Positions 29,465-39,342 of a stretch of 64,000 nucleotides of DNA are shown one piece after another. The DNA lies in assembly GCA_963707025.1 (NCBI GenBank), contig CAVPOM010000012.1:224001-288000 (forward strand), read 5' to 3'. Position numbers and translations under genes: made by a program. Every line of letters starts with the position of its first letter. Positions within the stretch are counted from its first letter, which is position 1. The notes below the pieces were generated by a model that worked only from the letters and a program-made list of their open reading frames with translations, did no database searches and was not told the DNA's origin. This DNA is from an uncultured Verrucomicrobiae bacterium. Lineage in GTDB: Bacteria; Verrucomicrobiota; Verrucomicrobiia; Limisphaerales; Palsa-1400.

Positions 29465-32400
29465 TTACTCCGGCAGGAGCACGGTCACTCGGCCCACGTA
29501 CTCCATCAATTGTGGCTTCTTCTTTTTCTTCAGGTCATTGTCGTCCGTATTGTCATTGGCGGCCAAGTCCGAATTGGACTGGGTTGAGGTGGCGACTTGC
29601 TGCGTCGTCGCCGCCGCTGCGCCAGAATTGCTGCCGGTTGGGGCGGCGGCGACCGCGGCTCCAGAGACGGCCCCGGCGGTGCTGACACCACCGCCTCCAA
29701 AGGCTGCGGCGACGTCCGCCGCCCCGCTCACATTCACGCTTCCCACCCCGACAACGGTTCCGCTGACCGTCCCACCGGCGCTTACGGAGGCCGCCCCTTG
29801 GGACAAAACGGTCGCGTTGACATTTTGCAGGGCGCTGACATTCGCGCCCACGCTGGCCACCACCAAGCCATTGATATTGCCGGTGGCCGTGATATTGACC
29901 TGCGCGCCAACCACCCCGGACCCGGATGCGTCCACGCTGCCGACATAAGCGACCGACCCGTCGGGGTATTTGCTGCCGGCGCTCAAGTTTATGGTGGCGT
30001 TGTTATCGGCCGCCGAACCCAAGGCAAGTTGAGAAATGCCTCCCTGGCTTGCCACAATGTCGCCCCTGGGCGTCTCTACCGTGATATTCCCGACTTGCGA
30101 CGAAGTCTCGCCATAGACCAATTGAGGAAAACTGGTGGCCAAAATGCCGCTGCCCGGAATGACCTCGGTGAGGTCCGCCACCTGCCCCTGTTTATTCAAG
30201 TAGGGCTTGGTAACTTCCACAATCCCGCTGCCGCCGGTGCCGGCATTCACATTGCCTTGCAGCGACTCCACGAAGATGTTGCCGCCATCATAGGCGGCGA
30301 TGCGCGAGCCATCCACATTCACGTTCCCCTCCGCCACCACGCTGATGTTTCCCTGCCACACCGTGACGATGCCCACATAGCCGGAGGCCGGAACCAGTGA
30401 CGAGCCCAGGGTGATCGTCCCCCCGCAATTCACATTAATGTTCCCTCCGTATTCGGAACTGATGGTTGACGAAAGCATCGTGAGGTCTCCGCTCACGGAC
30501 AGGTCAATGTTCGCTCCGCGAGCGGTATAAGGTTCCAGCGCCGGTTCATTGTTCAATCCCTGCGAAATCACCCCGGTGCTGTTTCCCAGATCCACGGACG
30601 CTGCATTTATCCGCAACGTTCCCGGCCCGGCGATGAAATACCCGGGCAGGGCATGTGTGGCATCAAGCTGGCTTTGGGCGTAGATCAGTTGGACGGAGGT
30701 CGCGTCCAGAAAAGGAGTCCGCATGGAGAGCAAGGCCTGTTCGACCGCATGGGGCATGACCCCCCGATACTCCACGCTGCCAGCAGAGGGACTGTAGGTG
30801 AATGAGTTCTCCACGTTCTCGAGAACAGGATTCAGGTTGGGATTTGGAATGGTCGGAACGCCAAAGGCAGTCGGCACTGGCAGAAGCGTGATGGCGCTGA
30901 GATAGGGATCTGCAACCTGGTCCAGAGCACTGAAATCAGGCGCCTCTCCGGAAGGCAGCGAGACAATGACGTAGTCGCTATGATTGAGAATTTCTCCGCC
31001 GGCAGAGAGGATGGTGGTGTCAGAGGGATGGAGATTCTGAATGGACGCGCTACAGTCAATAATGTTGTCCGTCACGTACATTTCCACCGCTTTCGGGGAG
31101 GAGATGGCAATGTCGGACACCGAGCCGCTGATAGTGATCTGCGCCGGGTTCGGATCGTTCAAGTGCAGCAGCAGGTTGGGGTTATAGTCAATGGGGGTGA
31201 AGGATAGCGTGCTTTGCCATTGAAACGACGAGCTGTCGGAGAGATTGATGGTTATCGGGATTCCGGCTGTGCCGCTGCTGAGGTTGCCGCCGCCGGTGGT
31301 GGTCAGGTTGAACGTTCCTTCCGGAGAAGGGAACAGATTAATGTCGGTGTCGAGTTTAATGCCGCCAGCCCCCGCGTTGATCGTCAAAACAGGCGGGAAA
31401 ATCAGACCTTCGCTGGTATTGTCACCGCTGATGCGGGGCAGAGACTGGCCGGTGATGGTGACGCCATTGCCGGCATTCAAAACCACCGAGGCCAGAGGGT
31501 CGTAATCGAACAGGAACTGGTCGGGGGTGGGACTGTTTCTGAAGGTTACAGAATTGTTGAACATTCCGTTCGGGTTGCGCACCTCCTGCAAAACAATGTT
31601 GTCCGCCGCGTTGACCACCCAGCCGCCTTTGATCAGGCTCAGGGCAAGCGGTTGGCTTGTGTCGCCCGCATTGGCGGCTGTGATGGTGCCGGTGCCATTG
31701 GCCACAACATAATGTCCGGTCACATCGCCACCCGCTGTCAGGGTCACATTGCCCGGAGCAGCCCCGAAAGCACCGGAGCCGGAATCTTCCTGGGTCGCAG
31801 AGCTGGTTGTCGGCAGCGCGGCCGTAATGCCGCCTCCCGCCTGAATGGTGACATTGCCGCCGCCGGCCGTGCTGATGCCGCCCAGATAAGGGTCCACGGT
31901 ATAACCCGCGCCGCTGCTTGAAAACAGATAACCTGCCGGGCTGGCACCGCAATTCACGTTTCCGGCCAGCGCTTGAACACTGACATTGCCGCCTCCACTG
32001 CTCATTACGTTGCCGTTCGCGATTCCCGTCACAATCCCGCCGTTTTCAATCGAGACGCTGTTCCCGGCCACAACCGAGATGTTCCCGGCGGCGGTTTCGA
32101 TATAACTGTAGTCATAGAGATTGACGTTCCCCATGCCAGAAACGACGCGGCCCGTGGCGAAATTGTATCCCGCCTCCAACGTCACCGACCAATTATTCTC
32201 ATCCGTGATCTGCGAGGGGTTGTTGAACTCTCCCAGCGTGATGTCGCCGCCGGCCTGAAGGGTCAGTTGGCCCGTTGTTTTTCCTGTGCTTTGGGACAAA
32301 TCCCAGGTGGTGCCCGGATCCAACGTGATGTCCCCGGAGGCTTCCAACAAGATCTGACTGGAGGTGATATGCTGAAACGCGGTGTTGACGTTGACGTAGA

Positions 32401-33556
32401 GCGTGCCGGAACTGCCGCTTCCGTTGATCGTTCCAGTGCTGTCCGGACCGGTTGTTCCCGTCGTCCCCAGCTCGATGTTTTCCGGGTCAAGCGTGAAAAC
32501 CCCGCTGTTCCAACCTGTCCGGGCGCCAGTGTCAATGCTCGAACCCAGCGACAGAATGTTCGGCGCGCTGACTTCCACATTCCCGCCGTTCCCGCCATGG
32601 TCCCCGCCTGTCGCCGAGATTTGACTCCCGGCGCTGTCGCTGAAAGTGCCGCCGGACTTGATGGTGATGTCCCCCCCAGGGCTGGATCCGTTGGCGCCTC
32701 CATTGGCCTGGATCACGGAGGAGCCTGCCAATTCGACATCCTGCGAGGCATAGAACTCAATCACCCCGTTTTTCTCACGAACGGAATTGGCCTGGACCAC
32801 CCCGCTATTGTTGACTGTTTGCGCCTGCAACAGCACCCGCCCCGCGTCGGCCACGATCCGGCCCTGGTTGTCCACACTGCCGGCGGGCAGTTGCACGGGG
32901 GCTGACAAGCACAACCCGTCCGGCCGCTCCGAGAGCAACACCTCCTGGCCGGCCACCAGGGCCGCCGTGCCGCCGGGCGCCTCGATGGTTCCGTGGTTCT
33001 GGATCTGTTTGGCGATCAAAAACAGGGAGCCTCCCGCGGCCGTTTCCAAATGCCCGTAATTGACAATCGGCGCCGCCGCCGGCGGGCCGTCAAAACTCCA
33101 ACCCGCGCCGCTTCCCGACCCCCATGGATTGATCGCCGCCGTCGTCACCACCAGCCCGCCGGTTTTGACAAAAGCATTCGGGCCAAAGTAAAACCCGCTC
33201 TGATTTTCCAGGACCACGATGCCATTGGCCTGCAAGGAGCCAAAGATCGTCGTGGGATTCCCGCTCCTGATGTAGTTAAAGACGATGGAACTGGCCGAAG
33301 GTTGATTAAAGACGGTCGTCTCCCCCGCGGCGATATTGAAACTGTTCCACTGCAAGAAGGCGTTCTGGGAGGTGGTGATCTGCAACACGCTGCCGTGTTG
33401 GGTGGCATGGGCCGATCCTGAAACCACCGTCATCCCCTGCGGGCCTGCGTAGCCTGTGCTGGACGCCAAGCCGAGCAACACAGCAACGAGCGCCGGCAAT
33501 CGGCAAGTTCTTGCTGGAGCCGTCTCGTGGCCTTTGCGGGTTAGTGGCAATTTCAT
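29465..33556 (-). CDS. Two-partner secretion exoprotein (TpsA, filamentous haemagglutinin family)
   Basis: Signal peptide, WNSFNI...FNQP, IFGSLQANG, G/N-rich beta-helix repeats, DUF3739-like C-terminal region. Confidence 0.92.
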   Translation of the reverse strand: MKLPLTRKGHETAPARTCRLPALVAVLLGLASSTGYAGPQGMTVVSGSAHATQHGSVLQITTSQNAFLQWNSFNIAAGETTVFNQPSASSIVFNYIRSGNPTTIFGSLQANGIVVLENQSGFYFGPNAFVKTGGLVVTTAAINPWGSGSGAGWSFDGPPAAAPIVNYGHLETAAGGSLFLIAKQIQNHGTIEAPGGTAALVAGQEVLLSERPDGLCLSAPVQLPAGSVDNQGRIVADAGRVLLQAQTVNNSGVVQANSVREKNGVIEFYASQDVELAGSSVIQANGGANGSSPGGDITIKSGGTFSDSAGSQISATGGDHGGNGGNVEVSAPNILSLGSSIDTGARTGWNSGVFTLDPENIELGTTGTTGPDSTGTINGSGSSGTLYVNVNTAFQHITSSQILLEASGDITLDPGTTWDLSQSTGKTTGQLTLQAGGDITLGEFNNPSQITDENNWSVTLEAGYNFATGRVVSGMGNVNLYDYSYIETAAGNISVVAGNSVSIENGGIVTGIANGNVMSSGGGNVSVQALAGNVNCGASPAGYLFSSSGAGYTVDPYLGGISTAGGGNVTIQAGGGITAALPTTSSATQEDSGSGAFGAAPGNVTLTAGGDVTGHYVVANGTGTITAANAGDTSQPLALSLIKGGWVVNAADNIVLQEVRNPNGMFNNSVTFRNSPTPDQFLFDYDPLASVVLNAGNGVTITGQSLPRISGDNTSEGLIFPPVLTINAGAGGIKLDTDINLFPSPEGTFNLTTTGGGNLSSGTAGIPITINLSDSSSFQWQSTLSFTPIDYNPNLLLHLNDPNPAQITISGSVSDIAISSPKAVEMYVTDNIIDCSASIQNLHPSDTTILSAGGEILNHSDYVIVSLPSGEAPDFSALDQVADPYLSAITLLPVPTAFGVPTIPNPNLNPVLENVENSFTYSPSAGSVEYRGVMPHAVEQALLSMRTPFLDATSVQLIYAQSQLDATHALPGYFIAGPGTLRINAASVDLGNSTGVISQGLNNEPALEPYTARGANIDLSVSGDLTMLSSTISSEYGGNINVNCGGTITLGSSLVPASGYVGIVTVWQGNISVVAEGNVNVDGSRIAAYDGGNIFVESLQGNVNAGTGGSGIVEVTKPYLNKQGQVADLTEVIPGSGILATSFPQLVYGETSSQVGNITVETPRGDIVASQGGISQLALGSAADNNATINLSAGSKYPDGSVAYVGSVDASGSGVVGAQVNITATGNINGLVVASVGANVSALQNVNATVLSQGAASVSAGGTVSGTVVGVGSVNVSGAADVAAAFGGGGVSTAGAVSGAAVAAAPTGSNSGAAAATTQQVATSTQSNSDLAANDNTDDNDLKKKKKPQLMEYVGRVTVLLPE

Positions 33557-33586
33557 TTTGAAGAATCGTGGTTGAATTGTCTCTAT

Positions 33587-36445
33587 TTAAAGCTGGGCGC
33601 TCAAGCTGAACGAAATCCGCTCGTGGCCCGCCACGGTATAGGCGCCGTTCAGCAGGGGCCAGGCGATCAAGATGTGGCTTTCCACATACGGGCCGAATTT
33701 AAAGTTGATCCCCGCGCCCATGCCCCAAAGCGCTTGGTGGGCGTTGGACGCGACGCCCTGGTCCAACTGATAACCTTCCCCGTAGTCAGTGAACGCGGTC
33801 AACTGCGTCCCAAATTTCTTGCTGGCGCCGCGCCAGTAAGTGGGTGAACGCAGTTCCATCTGCCCCACCCAGCCGGTATCCGCATACAGCTCCCCTTCCT
33901 GGTATCCGCGCACGCTGGCGTTGCCCCCCAACTCGAACTGTTCCAGGTTCAGCAGCGGCTCGTTGGCCCACTGCCCCGACAGGCCGCCGTACAAGGTGAA
34001 GTTGCCGGGCAGGACCTGGGTGCGCGACAACTGCGGCCGCACCGCGATGAATTCCGTGGTGGCCTCCGTCGAATTGGCAATCAGAACCGGGAATGGCCTG
34101 ACCCGGCAAAATGTCCCGCCCGTTCCCGCCACCAGCGACAGGCCACCGTCAAATTCACTCCACTGATTGCTCGTCGCTGCCCTCTGACCCCAATGGTCCT
34201 GACGCGATCCTGTCCACCCCAAAAAGAACGGCGTGTACTGCAAGGAGGGAAATGTCTGAACCCCGCCTATGGAGATGGTCTTATGGGTGATGGTGGGCGG
34301 GGCGCTTGAATTGGCGCCGTGCGTCACGATGGTGGTGTAGTAAAAGTCGTTGGCCGGCAGCGTTACCACCTTGTCCTCCTTGTAGTCCATCCCGAAGCTC
34401 CAACTGGACTGGATCCCCTGCCACTCCGGCAACGGAAAGCCCACCCTTCCCCCGGCGGTGGTTTGCGAGGTGTATTGCTGGGTTATCAGTTGCTGTTCAA
34501 TCTTCAACAGAGAGGTGTCCACCACCTGGCTCACCGGCCCATAAATGGTCGGCCCGGTCGTGGAACGCGAGGCATAGGCCGTGAACTCCGGCCGCCCGAT
34601 GGCCGGAGGCTGCACGAACTGCCGGGTCGTCTCGTTGTAACCAAATTTATTCGGGTCTTGGGCAATTTGTGATTCCACCTCCGCCGGCGCCCCCAACGGC
34701 GCCCGGTAAAAGCCGCTGTAATAAGCCACCGTCGGCGCGTCCATTGGGTTCAACGCCACATGGGTATCACTGGCCAGCGATGGTTTCAACAGTTCGGGGC
34801 TGAACCCGTATTGCAGGCCCAGGGTGTGATCCAACTGCCACAGATTTCCGTAAGAGGCATTCCCATTCACCCGCAACTCCGGCGTGCCCGGCGGACTGTA
34901 GTTGTCCATTTCCAGCCGGCCATGCAAGGGAAGCCGGTCTGTGACATCCAGGGTGAGCGCCGAGGTGCCCGGCTCCGGTCCTGGGCCCACTTTCGGATAG
35001 ATTTGCCGGTCGGGGTTGGAATTGGCGCGGTCCAACTCCGTTTCAAACACCTTTGAGTTCAGAATGCCCTCCCCGGATTCGAGCGTCGTCGCGTACGGCA
35101 GCGAGGCCATGATATTATTCGAACTGAAGTAATGGTTGTGCAGAATCCTGACCGCCGCCAGCTTTCCCTCGGTCACCTGAAAATAGACAACCCCGTTGGT
35201 GAGTTTCTGCCCGGCGGGAATGGCTACTTTCACGGTGTAATAGCCGCGCCGGAAATACTCCAATTGCAGGGCGGCCCAGGCGTTCGTGGTTTTGTTTATA
35301 AATCCATCCATATCCACCGCCTCGCTGGTGTACGGAGCCAGAACGCTGGAAATCAGGTTGCTTGCCAGCAGCGTGTTCCCAATCACCTCAAACCGGTCCA
35401 GCTTGAACTTGGGCGTGGCCTGGGCGGCAGCGGCGGCGTTGGTGTCAGCGGCGTTGGTGCGGGTGGCGGCGGCCACCGGCTGGTTGGTGCTGGTGCCGCC
35501 GGCCTCTTGCGCCCCAAGACAATTGGAAATCCCCGCCGAACTCAACAGCAGCCAAACCACCACCGCCGCCAATTGCAGCGGCTTGGCCCGCGGCGGGCGG
35601 CGCGGTGGCGTCGTCTGCGCTTGCCGCCATTCCGTCGGGGTCATGTGAAACCGCTTCTTGAAAACGTAATTAAAGTGCGCCAGCGACCCGTGCCCGCTCT
35701 CCAGGGCCACGTCAATGATCTTCAGGTTCCCCTCCAGCAGCAATTGACACGCCTTCTTGAGCCGAAGACCGGACACATAAGACGGGAAGCTGGTTTCCCA
35801 CTCCTCTCGAAACAGCCGGCTCACGTGCCGTTCGCAGCAGTGCAGATGTTTGGCCAGCTCGCCAAGGGTCAAACTGGTCAGTTCGGATTCCGGTGTTTGA
35901 CCGATGAAGTGTCGCAGCCGCCCCTTGGCCTCCATCTGCTTCTTCTCATTCTCCATCCCCTCCTTCAGGGCGGCCTGCAATTGGGGCTGCAACAATTCCG
36001 CGAACGCTTGCGCCAACGCCAGCCGGGTGGACAGCGTCGGCGGCTGAGTCTGCGCGAACAATTGCGTCACGCGCCCGGCCAGGGGGTGATCCGCCGGCAG
36101 GGCCAGGAACGGCGCGCACTGCCGCGCCACCTCCGTCTCCAGGCATCGCCGCTCCAGCGCCGTCACGAACCCCGTCAACGCAGCCACCCGGAACCCCACT
36201 CCGCGAAACCTGGCCCGCCCCAGCACACTGGCCGTGAGCGTGATCTGCGCATTGGGCGGGCAGACGATCACCCCGCCCAAGGGCAGTTCCTTGTTGGCCT
36301 TGCTGTCAAAGACGTAGGCAATCCCCTCGCACAATTGCAGAACCATCCAATCCTGCGCCGTAAAATGCCAGTCCGCCCCGTTGAGAATGATCCGCTCAAA
36401 CTTGGACAGGTGTGCGGGATTTGACAATTGGATTGGCTCGCTCAA
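33587..36445 (-). CDS. AraC-family regulator fused to a ShlB/FhaC/HecB (TpsB) transporter
   Basis: LRLKKACQLL...IIDVALESGHGSLAHFNYVFKKRFHMTPTEW; internal signal-like helix; POTRA (FEVIGNTLL, VTEGKL); GGNASVRGY; start uncertain (36427-36463). Confidence 0.9.
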   Translation of the reverse strand: MSEPIQLSNPAHLSKFERIILNGADWHFTAQDWMVLQLCEGIAYVFDSKANKELPLGGVIVCPPNAQITLTASVLGRARFRGVGFRVAALTGFVTALERRCLETEVARQCAPFLALPADHPLAGRVTQLFAQTQPPTLSTRLALAQAFAELLQPQLQAALKEGMENEKKQMEAKGRLRHFIGQTPESELTSLTLGELAKHLHCCERHVSRLFREEWETSFPSYVSGLRLKKACQLLLEGNLKIIDVALESGHGSLAHFNYVFKKRFHMTPTEWRQAQTTPPRRPPRAKPLQLAAVVVWLLLSSAGISNCLGAQEAGGTSTNQPVAAATRTNAADTNAAAAAQATPKFKLDRFEVIGNTLLASNLISSVLAPYTSEAVDMDGFINKTTNAWAALQLEYFRRGYYTVKVAIPAGQKLTNGVVYFQVTEGKLAAVRILHNHYFSSNNIMASLPYATTLESGEGILNSKVFETELDRANSNPDRQIYPKVGPGPEPGTSALTLDVTDRLPLHGRLEMDNYSPPGTPELRVNGNASYGNLWQLDHTLGLQYGFSPELLKPSLASDTHVALNPMDAPTVAYYSGFYRAPLGAPAEVESQIAQDPNKFGYNETTRQFVQPPAIGRPEFTAYASRSTTGPTIYGPVSQVVDTSLLKIEQQLITQQYTSQTTAGGRVGFPLPEWQGIQSSWSFGMDYKEDKVVTLPANDFYYTTIVTHGANSSAPPTITHKTISIGGVQTFPSLQYTPFFLGWTGSRQDHWGQRAATSNQWSEFDGGLSLVAGTGGTFCRVRPFPVLIANSTEATTEFIAVRPQLSRTQVLPGNFTLYGGLSGQWANEPLLNLEQFELGGNASVRGYQEGELYADTGWVGQMELRSPTYWRGASKKFGTQLTAFTDYGEGYQLDQGVASNAHQALWGMGAGINFKFGPYVESHILIAWPLLNGAYTVAGHERISFSLSAQL

Positions 36446-36462
36446 TTTCGCCACAACGTGCA

Positions 36463-36517
36463 ATTATACAGAGATTCGTGGCAACCATGCGGCTGCAATG
36501 TGACAATCTTGTGACAA
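36463..36517 (-). promoter_or_regulatory. Pho-box-like promoter of araC-tpsB/tpsA
   Basis: TGTCAC-N5-TGTCAC-N16-TGCCAC-N9-TATAAT. Confidence 0.7.
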
Positions 36518-36562
36518 TGTATTGGTCAAAAATCACCGCGGCCTGCCACCCGCCGAAAAACC

Positions 36563-36597
36563 AAAAAAAGGGTGCGGACCCTTGCGGGGCCGCACCC
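36563..36597 (-). terminator. Intrinsic terminator
   Basis: GGGTGCGG...CCGCACCC stem followed by T7 on the minus strand. Confidence 0.85.
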
Positions 36598-36641
36598 GTT
36601 TCCAGTCCCCAAGCCGGGGACTTTAATTTCGGTTGACGAAC

Positions 36642-38006
36642 TCAGTTGCCCGTGATCACATCGCCGCCATCGCCGGCGTTGCGATAGACATTCATTTGGC
36701 TCAGGTTGACCGCCGTCGGAAGCGCCCTGCCTCCAAATTTAGAGTAGTGCGCGGGATTTTGGATTTCATACTGGACAGCTTCAATCAAATCGGTCGCAAA
36801 GGCCTGGACAAAGACGGCGCTGGATTGCAGACCCGCGATGGCCGTTTGAGTGCCATTGGCCACATTCTGACCTTGATACATGCGTTCATAATTCCACATG
36901 ATATAACTGCCGTTGATGACGGCATTGGTATCGTAATAACCTGTGTTCGGAAAAGTCCCGCCCACCCAGGGTACCTGGCCCTGAAAGCTGATCGGACCCT
37001 CAAAATTGGTGGCGGTGCCCGTCATTTTCGAGGAATCCGCCCAACCGATGTAGGCAATCGCGGCGGGAGCTCCGTTGACGGAGGCGTCATGCATGGCGAA
37101 CCCGACATTGCCGCCGGTAAAATAGCCGTTATTGGCAACAGACAGCCATTGGTTGCCGGTTGCCGGAGGCGCCAGCGTGTCGGTGGATGCCAGGCCCGGC
37201 GTGGTTGATCCGTCCGCGCTCAAGCCATATTGATGGAGATTTTGGAGCAGCGAGTAACCCCAATCGCTCACCGTCGAGCCGCGAGTGCCGGAGAGGTTGT
37301 AACGGCCCACGGCATACACGGATGAGCCCGAGTCCGTGGACTTGCCCGTGAAGAAGCTCAGAGGATACTGCCCATTATGAAACAGATCTATGAATTGGAG
37401 CTCGGTCATGCTGGTAATGGATTGCGCATTTCCATCCACCACCATGGTGAACGGTTGAACCGCGATGCCGGTTGGCGCATGGCGGGCCTGGTCGGCGGCG
37501 AGGCGAGACTCGACCAGGGTGATCCCGGTCTTGGCCGCCGTGTAATTCACCCCGCCCAGCGTCCCCTGGTAGCAGGTGGACTGGGCTATGTCCGACATCG
37601 CGATGTCGGCTCCATTATGACTGAAGGTGCCGGTGAAGAATGATCCGGAATCCACATTCTGATACGTTGCGTTGTTCGTCGAATAGAGGAGGGTCTGGAC
37701 TCCCTCCACGGAACCGCTCCAGGAGCAGAACACGGTCACCGGGCCGGTCGCGCTCAAGGGAATGCTCCCGCCGGTGGTGTCGGTGAGGGTGCCTGAGTAG
37801 GTGAACCAATTGGAGCCGGAGGCATCTTGCGCTGCGGATGTCAGGCCCAAATCAATCAGGGCGTTAAAGATCTGGCTGCGGAAGGCTGTGGAGCCAGTGA
37901 GATAAACTGGATTGCCGACGACGCTGCCATCGGGCTGAGCTTGGGCGGCGCCCGCGAGACCCAGCCCCAATGCCAGAAGGCTGATTGTTTTGATCATGTT
38001 TTTCAT
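36642..38006 (-). CDS. Secreted PstS-like (periplasmic-binding-fold) protein
   Basis: Signal peptide; TGSTAF, SGSVEG, DIAMSD, GRYNLSGTR resemble PstS/DING motifs. Confidence 0.65.
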   Translation of the reverse strand: MKNMIKTISLLALGLGLAGAAQAQPDGSVVGNPVYLTGSTAFRSQIFNALIDLGLTSAAQDASGSNWFTYSGTLTDTTGGSIPLSATGPVTVFCSWSGSVEGVQTLLYSTNNATYQNVDSGSFFTGTFSHNGADIAMSDIAQSTCYQGTLGGVNYTAAKTGITLVESRLAADQARHAPTGIAVQPFTMVVDGNAQSITSMTELQFIDLFHNGQYPLSFFTGKSTDSGSSVYAVGRYNLSGTRGSTVSDWGYSLLQNLHQYGLSADGSTTPGLASTDTLAPPATGNQWLSVANNGYFTGGNVGFAMHDASVNGAPAAIAYIGWADSSKMTGTATNFEGPISFQGQVPWVGGTFPNTGYYDTNAVINGSYIMWNYERMYQGQNVANGTQTAIAGLQSSAVFVQAFATDLIEAVQYEIQNPAHYSKFGGRALPTAVNLSQMNVYRNAGDGGDVITGN

Positions 38007-38078
38007 ATTACGCAGTTACTTTCTGTGATTGGTGTTTTTGTAATCGGAACTCTTTTTCGTTTCGGGTTTAATTCGCTC

Positions 38079-38934
38079 TTAGGCAGTGAGGGAGCGGAGT
38101 TGACGGCGGAAAGCCAAGGCGAGGAGGCCAGCGGCCGCGATCAGGCCGTAGGTGGACGGTTCGGGAACCGCGCTCAGAGTGCCTTCCGAGAAATCCACTT
38201 CGCCATCGGGCAGGAAGGAGAAGTAGCCATCGTAGGCGGGAGTGCCCTGGCCGGTCGCTGGCGTTGTCCACAGCGCCTCATAAATCGCGCCGGTGGTTGG
38301 GGTGGCTTCGGTCGCACTGCCGCTCAACTGGCCGGCGTAGTTAATTACGTCCGGGCTGCTGGTGTTCCGGGCCAGGGAGTGGTAGCTGTTGGCGTTGGCG
38401 TCGGGAACGATGGCTCCATTGACTGAACCGGGAAGCGTCGTCTGCGCACTATCAACATAGCCGCCGGCTTCGGCTCCGATTTGCAGCATAGACCCGCCGA
38501 CGTTGCCCTGCGAGACTGTGACTGCCCTGTACGCTGGCGCCCTGGCCTGAGGTGATCACCCTTGACAGCCACAAGGTGGTTCCGCCACTGAGATTATTGT
38601 CTGCGGCCACCGACATGCCGATTTGATTGACCGGACCTACCGCCGTGGTCAAGCTGGAGACGGTGAACTGCGACGCGTAGCCAGCGGTGCCGGTGATGCC
38701 GGCGCCTGAATTCAACACCGCCGTTTGGCCAGGGAGGGCCGCAACGGTGCTGAGAAAGGTGCTGACTTGCCCCACGTCAACCACCACATCATTGCCACCG
38801 TCGGTGGAAGAATTCCGGAACAGGAGCATGAGGTCATTGTCGTTAAAGGAGCTCAGTCCTTGCCCGAACGCCTGGGAAGCCGTCACGAGCGCAACCCCGG
38901 TCAGGACGGCCAACATTGTTTGTTTCTTGTTCAT
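38079..38934 (-). CDS. PEP-CTERM protein; frameshift near 38526
   Basis: Signal peptide in ORF 38452-38934; VPEPSTY-TM-RRQLR in ORF 38079-38489. Confidence 0.85.
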
Positions 38935-39257
38935 AGTGTCTATTCTCTTTTGTTTGGCCCTTTTGGGGCCATCTGTGCTAATTTGACTTTGTTTCGGCGA
39001 CGTTGATCCTTTAATTCAGACCAACTTCAGATCAAGCAATGTCTTGCTCAACGTGGGCATCAGTGTAAGGCATCTGAAAAGTAGTTCGTCTCAAAAACAG
39101 ACACGGCTGAATGAAATCTGGACATGGATAGCCAGAAAGGCAACCTGCTTAACATCAAGCGCTTGCGAATAAGATTCGAGATTCAGGCCGCTTCTGATGG
39201 TCATCCGCGCTCAATGTCAACGATTCTTCACAATCGGGAGGCCCGCGACGGATGAAT

Positions 39258-39274
39258 TGTCAGTAAGCTGTCAC
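39258..39274 (+). promoter_or_regulatory. Pho-box-like repeat with no downstream plus-strand gene
   Basis: TGTCAG-N5-TGTCAC. Confidence 0.45.
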
Positions 39275-39342
39275 TTTACCACGTTGGATTTCGCCAGGGA
39301 GCAGAGAATCGGCTGCCAACCTGCCATCGGCCTCCCTGGCTG

